Sequence record: KX397373.1 | Length of the DNA: 64,000 bases | Strand: one strand, 5' to 3' | Shown: positions 1-6,620 of the stretch, piece by piece | Layout of the letters: each line of letters begins with the position of its first letter | Position numbering within the stretch: the first letter of the stretch is position 1 | Position numbers and translations under genes: made by a program | Notes under the pieces: model-generated | What the model was told of the DNA's origin: nothing | Seen by the model: the letters and a program-made list of their open reading frames with translations, nothing else | The model's database searches: none

Positions 1-510
1 ATGACCACAATCGCTTACGACGGGAAAACCCTCGCGGGTGATTCCCAAACGACACAAGGCGACATCCGCCTGTCGATGCACGCTGTGAAAATCTTCACCC
101 CCCAACCAGGTGAGTCCTGGGTGGTGAACGGGGAGAAAGCGGTTTCGTTTGGTGTGGCTGGATGTCTTCAAGGCAACAACGCACTGCGTGAAGCGCTGAA
201 CAGTTGCATGAAGGGCTACCAGGGTCTGACCGGAAGCACACGATTCCCAAAAGGGATTGTGATTAGTTATCTGGTTGTGACCGAGCATGGTAACGTCTAC
301 GCCGGTGGTCAATACGAGAACGACGAGATGCCTTGGCTGACCAAAGTCGCTGCACCCATTGCGGTGGGTAGCGGGGCAGAGTTCGCCATTGGTGCGATGG
401 CCGCAGGCGCATCCGCTGGTGACGCAGTTAGTATTGCGGCACGGTTCGATGTAAACACTGGTGGCGAGATTCGGGAGATTAGCCATGAAGCTCTTTCACG
501 TCACGCGTGA
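1..510 (+). CDS. HslV/proteasome-beta-like Ntn peptidase
   Basis: N-terminal (M)TTIAY with a Thr nucleophile, AGDSQTT, a Lys in AVKIF and GSGAEFA match the HslV T1/D17/K33/GSG pattern. Confidence 0.75.
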   Translation: MTTIAYDGKTLAGDSQTTQGDIRLSMHAVKIFTPQPGESWVVNGEKAVSFGVAGCLQGNNALREALNSCMKGYQGLTGSTRFPKGIVISYLVVTEHGNVYAGGQYENDEMPWLTKVAAPIAVGSGAEFAIGAMAAGASAGDAVSIAARFDVNTGGEIREISHEALSRHA

Positions 511-862
511 CTCGTATGTTTTATCTGGCGTGGTGGCAACCGCGATTATCTGCGCGGAATCCCACGAAGCAGCAGTCAGACATTGGCCTAAGGTCGACCG
601 GCAGATGCAGCTCGAGGTTGTTGAGTTAGCACCCGCACCAGAAAACCAGTTACCGGGTGTCGTGTTGACAACCCAGTTCTGGGGACAGGGTAAACCGGGT
701 TCATTGGCCTCGCGTCATCCGGAAGCAAAGATTTTCATCATCGAGTTTGAACGTACGGCAACGACCGCGCTTAAAGTCACGGACTGGAAAGACCACAGAG
801 GTCCCCATCCGGATTTTGAGGGTGGCGATATTGACCCGCAAACGTTAAGCCCGGCGTTTTAG
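485..862 (+). CDS. hypothetical protein, distant paralog of the next two small ORFs
   Basis: ATG at 485; MKLFHVTR...AIICAESHEAA resembles MNLYLL.R...IVV.A.TE.AAR. Confidence 0.6.
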   Translation: MKLFHVTRDSYVLSGVVATAIICAESHEAAVRHWPKVDRQMQLEVVELAPAPENQLPGVVLTTQFWGQGKPGSLASRHPEAKIFIIEFERTATTALKVTDWKDHRGPHPDFEGGDIDPQTLSPAF

Positions 863-868
863 TATTCT

Positions 869-944
869 AGGGGTATAGTTCAATTGGTAGAGCACCGGTC
901 TCCAAAACCGGGTGTTGGGGGTTCGAGTCCCTCTGCCCCTGCCA
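869..944 (+). tRNA. trnW: tRNA-Trp(CCA)
   Basis: 76-nt cloverleaf; acceptor AGGGGTA/TGCCCCT, anticodon arm CCGGT-CTCCAAA-ACCGG, TTCGAG T-loop, encoded CCA. Confidence 0.95.
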
Positions 945-1002
945 AAAACGAGTTCATGATACCTTAAGTGCCAATCCGGCTGGATATGCTTAGGAGACTA
1001 CC

Positions 1003-1227
1003 ATGAATTTATATTTGCTAAAAAGAACTGATAAGTATGGCCATGAGGAGTTTATTTCCATTGTCGTTTCCGCAGAAACGGAACAGGCGGCAAGAGAAAC
1101 TAAACCATCAACGGGCTATTGGTGCGATGGTGGGCACGGCGAAGAGAAAGTTACCTTGAGCTGCACCCATATCGGTATCACGGAGTTACCTCCAGGGGTA
1201 ATCCATGAATCTTATCAGAACCCCTAG
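1003..1227 (+). CDS. small hypothetical protein (tandem paralog 1)
   Basis: AGGAGA RBS; clear similarity to 1326..1568. Confidence 0.75.
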   Translation: MNLYLLKRTDKYGHEEFISIVVSAETEQAARETKPSTGYWCDGGHGEEKVTLSCTHIGITELPPGVIHESYQNP

Positions 1228-1325
1228 TGCAGTTAAAAGACTAGGTAACTAAATTTAGCCAGCAAGTTCAGTTCTGTCCAAAAGCCATATTTGCCCACCA
1301 CGGGAGTCGCTTATTGGAGAACACC

Positions 1326-1568
1326 ATGAATTTGTATTTGCTAGAACGAACCGATTCAGTCGGTTACGATGAGTTTGATTCCATAGTCGTTGCGACTCCT
1401 ACGGAGGATGCAGCGCGCGCAACTTTCGGAAAGGGTTGGGGATGGACTTGCTTCTGTGATGAGGACGATGCGTGTGACTGCGGAGACGGGGTAACCCTGA
1501 GCGTTAAACACATCGGCACTACTCATCTCGAGGAAGGTCTTATCCACTCTTCGTTCTGTGCAGGCTGA
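1326..1568 (+). CDS. small hypothetical protein (tandem paralog 2, Cys-rich insert)
   Basis: GGAGA RBS and ATG at 1326; shares MNLYLL.RTD..G..EF.SIVV and VTLS..HIG.T with the previous ORF. Confidence 0.75.
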   Translation: MNLYLLERTDSVGYDEFDSIVVATPTEDAARATFGKGWGWTCFCDEDDACDCGDGVTLSVKHIGTTHLEEGLIHSSFCAG

Positions 1569-1597
1569 ATACGGTGGGCTTCGGCCCACCACACTTT

Positions 1598-1673
1598 GGG
1601 GCAATGGCTCGAGCGGTTAGGCGACGAATTGCAAATTCGGATCAGGTCGGTTCAAGTCCGGCTTGCCCCTCCA
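1598..1673 (+). tRNA. trnC: tRNA-Cys(GCA)
   Basis: Acceptor GGGGCAA/TTGCCCC, U73, anticodon loop TTGCAAA, encoded CCA. Confidence 0.9.
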
Positions 1674-1708
1674 ATTTTTTTCTGAATTCCTGTAGGAACT
1701 CAAATCGG

Positions 1709-1876
1709 ATGAAAGCCAAACTTCGTAATTTTGCGTTGCTGGTTTTCCTGGTGTTGGCCGTATTGTTCTACCTGGCTAAGAATTTTGTGATGCTCGCCGT
1801 TGACGTCGCAATAATTCTGATGGTCTTGTGGGTGCTACGGTCACTCGCTAAACGGGCTTTCCGTCGGAAGGCTTAG
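1709..1876 (+). CDS. small (55 aa) two-helix membrane protein
   Basis: ATG at 1709; two hydrophobic stretches flanked by basic residues. Confidence 0.55.
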   Translation: MKAKLRNFALLVFLVLAVLFYLAKNFVMLAVDVAIILMVLWVLRSLAKRAFRRKA

Positions 1877-1939
1877 CGAACAGCGGAAACTCCGCTCTGT
1901 TGTATCAAACCCTGATATTCACCAGTAGGATAATAAAAC

Positions 1940-2770
1940 ATGAAAAAGCTTTTGGTAGGTTTGTTGGCAGTCCTGGCATTCTCCGCTCACGCTGCTGATG
2001 TTACCATTACGACGGGCCAGCAAGGTCTGACGTACAACGCCACGTACGGCGTGAATCTTGCCAGTGCTCTGAATGAGTTCGGCAACAAGTCCACTGTGGT
2101 ACCGTCGAAAGGTTCCCTGGACAACCTGGACAAAGTTGCTGCCGGTTCTGCGCAGATTGGTTTTACCCAGGCAGACGCTTTCCAGTTCTGGCGCTCACAG
2201 CATCCGAACGAAGCACAGAACGTAGACATCGTTGGCCAGCTGGGTGACGAGTGTGTCTTCGTGGCTGTCAAGAAAGAAGGTAAGGTTGGCGGTGAAGCCG
2301 ATCTGAAAGAAGGCATTAAGATTGCGGTCGGTGAACCCGACTCTGGTTCTTACGCCAGTTGGCAATACCTGCAAGGTTTGGTGAAGCAATACGCAAAAGC
2401 TGAAACCTACGCGAAAGGCGGTATCCGTTCTCTGTCCAAAGTGGCCACGGGTGAATACGACGCGTTCATGTGGGTAAGCGCACCGGGCAAGAATAACAAA
2501 TTCCTCGAAGCAGTTAACCAGGATAGCTCTGGTCTGAAACTCATCGACATGAACAACTGGAACGTCAACGATAAACTGCCTAACGGGCAAGCAGTCTACG
2601 AGAAGAAGTCTGCTAAAGTTGATAACTCTGCGTGGTTCGGTGGTGATGTGAAAGTGCCGTGCACCAAAACGTTGGTGGTTGCTAATACCGACGCCGGTGA
2701 CGAACTGCTGGAAGCCGTTTCTACTATCCTCCTCAAGAATGCTCCACGCATCATGGGGACGGGTAAGTAA
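1940..2770 (+). CDS. TAXI-family TRAP solute-binding protein with signal peptide
   Basis: Signal peptide MKKLLVGLLAVLAFSAHA; TITTG..G.TY, SKGSLDNL and IGFTQAD motifs; strong codon bias. Confidence 0.85.
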   Translation: MKKLLVGLLAVLAFSAHAADVTITTGQQGLTYNATYGVNLASALNEFGNKSTVVPSKGSLDNLDKVAAGSAQIGFTQADAFQFWRSQHPNEAQNVDIVGQLGDECVFVAVKKEGKVGGEADLKEGIKIAVGEPDSGSYASWQYLQGLVKQYAKAETYAKGGIRSLSKVATGEYDAFMWVSAPGKNNKFLEAVNQDSSGLKLIDMNNWNVNDKLPNGQAVYEKKSAKVDNSAWFGGDVKVPCTKTLVVANTDAGDELLEAVSTILLKNAPRIMGTGK

Positions 2771-3357
2771 GTGCTGACGTGTAAAGGGCACTGGCTGGGC
2801 TGATAACCCCGCCGGGACGGTTTCATCTGAGGGGTTGGGTGAAGTGAAGAAACGTGGCACACCAATAAGTCCACGTTAACCGGATTGCATAAAGCACTAC
2901 CTGCGGGTAGGCAATCCTGCCGTCTAACATTATTCGGTGATTAAACATGGAAGAGTTGTTCAGAGCGTTTCTGTACCGAATGGGTACCTGGTTGAAAGAC
3001 CTCAAGCTCTGGAAGCTCGATTGCTATTGGTTATCAGGATGTGGGACTGAACGCCATAAACCTGTTTTAGGACGAGAGTCCTCAACCCAGGCGAAGTCCG
3101 TTACGGACGAAGGTCAAGCACCGGCCCATTAAGCCGACTCGCTGACATAGGCAACCTTCACCCCACAATCTGAATGTAACTGATGGGATTGAGTTCCCAG
3201 TGTGAAAGAGTAGCAGTGTGCTACTGAGTTCCTCCCTGGGACTGCTGAGCAGCGAGGGAATAGGGCCAAGAAGAAAGTAAGTAGGGTTGGTGCTTGGAGG
3301 CGCTAAGACCGGGGGATACCCTGGCTCAGAAGAAGAAGTCCATCAACCTCACTTAAT
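2771..3357 (+). ncRNA. candidate large structured ncRNA (~590 nt)
   Basis: No credible ORF. Hairpins include 2851-57/2871-77, 2882-88/2911-17, 3069-73/3078-82 with a GAGA loop and 3209-15/3219-25; two crossing 8-bp long-range helices. Strand inferred from the adjacent tRNAs. Confidence 0.6.
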
Positions 3358-3433
3358 GCGAGTATAGCTCAGCTGGTAGAGCTTCTGGTTCCCAACCAGA
3401 CGGTCGTGAGTTCGAATCTCATTGCTCGCTCCA
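3358..3433 (+). tRNA. trnG: tRNA-Gly(CCC)
   Basis: Anticodon arm TCTGG-TTCCCAA-CCAGA, U73, CCA. Confidence 0.92.
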
Positions 3434-3542
3434 ACAAAATCAATGACTTATAGCGATTTCCCCATTTCGCTACAAGACAACCTAAGTATATGTAAAACAA
3501 CCAAGACGTGTGCGAATTCGAAGTTGAGTTCTCAGACGTATT

Positions 3543-3628
3543 GGCGCGGTACTCAAGTGGTCAACGAGAGCAGACTGTAAATCTGTTGCCTTCGGGCTTC
3601 GTAGGTTCAAATCCTTCCCTCGCCACCA
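3543..3628 (+). tRNA. trnY: tRNA-Tyr(GTA)
   Basis: Long variable arm, loop CTGTAAA, CCA; single mismatches in the acceptor and T stems. Confidence 0.88.
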
Positions 3629-3634
3629 ATATTT

Positions 3635-3709
3635 GTTCCTGTCGTCTAGTGGTAAGGACACCTGGTTTTCAACCAGGCAACCGGAGTTCAATTCTCCGCA
3701 GGAACGCCA
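3635..3709 (+). tRNA. trnE: tRNA-Glu(TTC)
   Basis: Anticodon arm CCTGG-TTTTCAA-CCAGG, G73, CCA. Confidence 0.92.
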
Positions 3710-3714
3710 AACAA

Positions 3715-3861
3715 TGACACTGACCCTCGCCGCCATTGAGCAGCTTAGAGGTCTGGCAGCCAATAAAGGCATCCGTAAGTAACCGTAGCCTTCGGGCGTA
3801 GATGGTGAAAGCCGCCAAGTGCAGCCTTAGAACTCCGTGGGATTCGGAGGAGTGTCACCCA
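3715..3861 (+). ncRNA. 147-nt tRNA-like RNA with acceptor stem, T-like arm and CCA
   Basis: TGACACT (3715-21) pairs with AGTGTCA (3851-57) followed by C-CCA; stem CTCCG/CGGAG with a 7-nt loop just upstream; no D or anticodon arm. Confidence 0.55.
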
Positions 3862-3865
3862 TTTT

Positions 3866-3943
3866 AGGATTGTAGCTCAGTTGGTCTAGAGTGCCGCCCT
3901 GTCACGGCGGAGGTCGCGGGTTCGAGCCCCGTCAGTCCTGCCA
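3866..3943 (+). tRNA. trnD: tRNA-Asp(GTC)
   Basis: Anticodon arm CCGCC-CTGTCAC-GGCGG, G73, CCA. Confidence 0.95.
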
Positions 3944-3952
3944 TTTTTAAAT

Positions 3953-4028
3953 TGCGTCTTAGCTCAGTTGGTAGAGCGCACCCCTGATAAGGGTGAGGTC
4001 ACTGGTTCAAGTCCAGTAGATGCAACCA
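3953..4028 (+). tRNA. trnI: tRNA-Ile(GAT)
   Basis: Anticodon arm CACCC-CTGATAA-GGGTG, CCA. Confidence 0.95.
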
Positions 4029-4034
4029 GTATTC

Positions 4035-4110
4035 GGTTCTGTAGCTTAGCTGGTAGAGCACGCCACTCATAATGGCGCGGTCGTTGGTTCGAATCCAGCC
4101 AGAACCACCA
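4035..4110 (+). tRNA. tRNA with CAT anticodon (elongator Met or Ile2)
   Basis: Anticodon arm CGCCA-CTCATAA-TGGCG, CCA; Met versus lysidine-Ile cannot be resolved by eye. Confidence 0.9.
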
Positions 4111-4117
4111 TTTCAAC

Positions 4118-4195
4118 GGTGTATGTAGTTCAGCTGGTTAGAATACTGGCTTGTGACGTCAGTGGTCGAGAGTTCGAGTCTCTCCATACACCCCA
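4118..4195 (+). tRNA. trnH: tRNA-His(GTG)
   Basis: Encoded G-1:C73 pair, loop TTGTGAC, CCA. Confidence 0.93.
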
Positions 4196-4200
4196 ATTCT

Positions 4201-4290
4201 GGAGAATTGTCCGAGAGGCTTAAAGAGCTCCCCTGCTAAGGGAGTGGTGGCGGAAGCTGCCCGTGTGTTCGAATCACACATTCTCCGCCA
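4201..4290 (+). tRNA. trnS: tRNA-Ser(GCT)
   Basis: 90 nt with long variable arm; anticodon arm CTCCC-CTGCTAA-GGGAG; G73, CCA. Confidence 0.93.
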
Positions 4291-4296
4291 AACAAT

Positions 4297-4416
4297 AGTC
4301 GCCTAGCTCAAGATTAGAGCACACCTTACGACCAATACTGACCAACACGCACCGCGGTGCAATAATGGCGGTGGCGTGATGTGCGGTTACCGGTTCAAGT
4401 CCGGTGGTGACTTCCC
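4297..4416 (+). ncRNA. tRNA-like RNA with a 52-nt segment in place of the anticodon loop
   Basis: Intact acceptor AGTCGCC/GGTGACT, D stem GCTC/GAGC and T arm ACCGG-TTCAAGT-CCGGT; ends TCCC, not CCA. Confidence 0.65.
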
Positions 4417-4422
4417 TATAAT

Positions 4423-4487
4423 GGCTACTCCCGGTCGGTCTGGGGTCGTCTGTAAAGACGAGGATGGTTCAAATCCGTCAGTGGCAA
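4423..4487 (+). ncRNA. minimal or degenerate tRNA-like element (GTA in a 6-nt loop)
   Basis: GCTACT/AGTGGC stem, TCGTC-TGTAAA-GACGA arm, 1-nt variable region, GATGG-TTCAAAT-CCGTC T arm; no CCA. Confidence 0.45.
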
Positions 4488-4488
4488 G

Positions 4489-4561
4489 AGCGATGCTGTT
4501 AAGATGGTTAACACCCGACTCATAATCGGATATTCGCAGGTTCGATTCCTGTCATCGTTCG
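4489..4561 (+). tRNA. atypical tRNA(CAT) without encoded CCA
   Basis: AGCGATG/CATCGTT acceptor, GTTA/TAAC D stem, loop CTCATAA, canonical T arm; C at position 8 and 3' end CGCCC. Confidence 0.6.
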
Positions 4562-4570
4562 CCCTATTTT

Positions 4571-4647
4571 GGTTCCATAGCTCAGTTGGTTAGAGCGGCT
4601 GCCTGTTAAGCAGTAGGTCCCTGGTTCGAGTCCAGGTGGTACCGCCA
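4571..4647 (+). tRNA. trnN: tRNA-Asn(GTT)
   Basis: Loop CTGTTAA, G73, CCA; one U:U mismatch in the acceptor stem. Confidence 0.92.
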
Positions 4648-4652
4648 CATTT

Positions 4653-4940
4653 GTGTTGCCCTAGTCCCGAAGACGTTCCGGAAAAACCTATTCATGGTCG
4701 GGGGTAACACGAACACATTCGCTGTCTTGCATCCTTTACGTTAGTCTCCAGACGCGTTTCGGGGTGCGGGACGGTGAACCCCTTTCTGGTTGCATTTCCA
4801 TTTTCATGAACCCTGCCTGGTGTGTTGGTGTTTATGTAACCAGAATCAATTAGCCCATGCCGATGTGCTATTGTCTTCCGAACGCGACCCGCGTTCTGCC
4901 CAGGAAGACGCCTGCTGTAGTTTCAATGCCAGTACCAGGG
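4653..4940 (+). ncRNA. candidate structured ncRNA (~290 nt) at the end of the tRNA array
   Basis: 9-bp helix 4653-61/4702-10, 12-bp helix 4784-95/4834-45, nested helices 4873-79/4903-09; ORFs here lack an RBS. Confidence 0.45.
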
Positions 4941-4942
4941 AA

Positions 4943-4985
4943 GCACCTACTCTTCGGAGTAGGTGCAATCTCTTTTTATTTTTTT
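4943..4985 (+). terminator. intrinsic terminator closing the RNA island
   Basis: GCACCTACTC-TTCG-GAGTAGGTGC followed by a T-rich tract. Confidence 0.85.
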
Positions 4986-5082
4986 GCATTCAAAAATATC
5001 ACAGATATATTTTACCTATTGGAGATGAGAAAACCTTATCTCCAAGCGACCCATTCGACTATAGCCTTAAAGGAGTTATACC

Positions 5083-6060
5083 ATGCCACGTAATTATCGC
5101 CCTACTGCTGCTTCTGCCATCGATGGTTTAGTGGCTGCGCATTACAGTCGTGAAGAAGCAACCATGATTCGCCCGTTCCTGCCTTTGCACTTCGATAACT
5201 TCGTTGCATTACCGAGTGCGAACTATGAATTCTGGAGTGCGTACCGTGCGGTACAAGATGCCCTGACGTACGACCGTCACAAGTTCCGTTTCTATTTCTG
5301 GCGTGATGAAGAAAAGAGCCACATCCCAAACAGCCCGTACGTCAAGATGTACTACGAATCCCCCACGTTCAAAGCAGAGTTCAGCACCATTGAATTCATC
5401 CGTCACTTTGGCCGTGCTCTGTTTACTGACCATGGCTCAGATGGCCTGGGACGTAAGCTCAATTACGTTAACGGTGGATTACGGATTAAGACCCGTATCC
5501 TGAGAGAGTTGTTTGATGAGATTGGTAAAGAGACTGATAACCCAGCACCGTGGTTCAACGGGTATCGTCGTCCAACCATCTCGGTACTGATTCCACCCCA
5601 GCCAACTGTGTTCACTCCACGCGAAGTATTAATCGCCTGGCGTGCCGGTGAGCGCGTTCATCGTACGTTACACGGTGGTCGCTTTGACCGTAAGCAACAC
5701 TGGATTAACCCAATGCAAGATGGTTGGGATATTGCCCGCTACTTAGACTTGCAGGCATACCGTGAGTCAAAAGGTTTCATCTCTTCACAAGAGTTCCACC
5801 GTCTGCGTTCGGATGTCATCACGGTATTAACGGCCACGGATATTTTCCCGGCCTACACCATGTACCACCGTTCACTGATTCTTAACAACCATATCTTCGG
5901 CGAGTCTATCGACCCTACTGGGTATCAACGATTAGATTTGCCAGCAGTTGACAACGTTCATCCCATCGGGTACCTCACCCCGAAGAACAATTACAGCGTA
6001 ACCATGCCGAGCGATGTGTTCAGCATGTTTACACCGGATGAATGGCACGCCGTATTGTAG
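5083..6060 (+). CDS. hypothetical protein (325 aa)
   Basis: AAGGAG RBS, long ORF, terminator downstream. Confidence 0.85.
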   Translation: MPRNYRPTAASAIDGLVAAHYSREEATMIRPFLPLHFDNFVALPSANYEFWSAYRAVQDALTYDRHKFRFYFWRDEEKSHIPNSPYVKMYYESPTFKAEFSTIEFIRHFGRALFTDHGSDGLGRKLNYVNGGLRIKTRILRELFDEIGKETDNPAPWFNGYRRPTISVLIPPQPTVFTPREVLIAWRAGERVHRTLHGGRFDRKQHWINPMQDGWDIARYLDLQAYRESKGFISSQEFHRLRSDVITVLTATDIFPAYTMYHRSLILNNHIFGESIDPTGYQRLDLPAVDNVHPIGYLTPKNNYSVTMPSDVFSMFTPDEWHAVL

Positions 6061-6076
6061 GTGAAGTCGATGCTTA

Positions 6077-6103
6077 GGGGTCCTTAGTGGCCCCATTTTT
6101 TTT
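6077..6103 (+). terminator. intrinsic terminator
   Basis: GGGGTCC-TTAGT-GGCCCC followed by a T run. Confidence 0.7.
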
Positions 6104-6144
6104 GATTTTTACGGTTCCACTATTAGTTATAGGAGGTAGTCGCC

Positions 6145-6552
6145 GTGAAACATACAACTCATCAATATCTGGAATTCTATTCCGCGTTAGAACAAGGCAG
6201 TATCCCGACTTCCATTAATCCAGGAAGTGAATGGGAGCAACATCTCTTCTGCGATTTAATCCCGTTACTGACAATGCACCCGCATTACCAGAAATGGTTT
6301 GAGTCGTTAGAGAAAGTCCACGCTGTTGGATTCCGCCGTGGGGTTGATTCCCCGGTGGTCGATACAGGCATCAACATTACCCGCACTGAGTGCACCTCAC
6401 CCACCGAGAAGTTCATTAACTCATTCATGAAAGAAATGGCCAATGCTTTAATCAGTAGAAGCCATCCCTATGAGGAACTGTTCGCGGTGTTGCTGGATGG
6501 GATTTATACATTCCAACTCAAACATTATAAAACCCTTTCCACACTACATTAA
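6145..6552 (+). CDS. hypothetical protein
   Basis: AGGAGG RBS with GTG start. Confidence 0.7.
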   Translation: MKHTTHQYLEFYSALEQGSIPTSINPGSEWEQHLFCDLIPLLTMHPHYQKWFESLEKVHAVGFRRGVDSPVVDTGINITRTECTSPTEKFINSFMKEMANALISRSHPYEELFAVLLDGIYTFQLKHYKTLSTLH

Positions 6553-6620
6553 CCTTTTTTACGGCACCTACCATTTCTTTTGGGAGTCTGTGCTGTAATA
6601 GATTCCAAAGGAGACGTAAC

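Noticed and set aside
1573-1590. GGTGGGC-TTCG-GCCCACC hairpin as a terminator
   Set aside because: No immediate U tract and only 7 nt from tRNA-Cys; more likely a leader or processing structure.
2947-3132. 61-aa ORF inside the large ncRNA candidate
   Set aside because: No RBS, atypical composition, and it lies across the predicted helices.
2771-3357. Identification as tmRNA, RNase P RNA or a self-splicing intron
   Set aside because: No tmRNA termini or tag; the GAAGAAGTCC resembling the RNase P conserved region is at the wrong end; no group II domain V and no interrupted gene.
3482-3772. ORFs overlapping tRNA-Tyr and tRNA-Glu
   Set aside because: Chance frames over clear tRNA genes.
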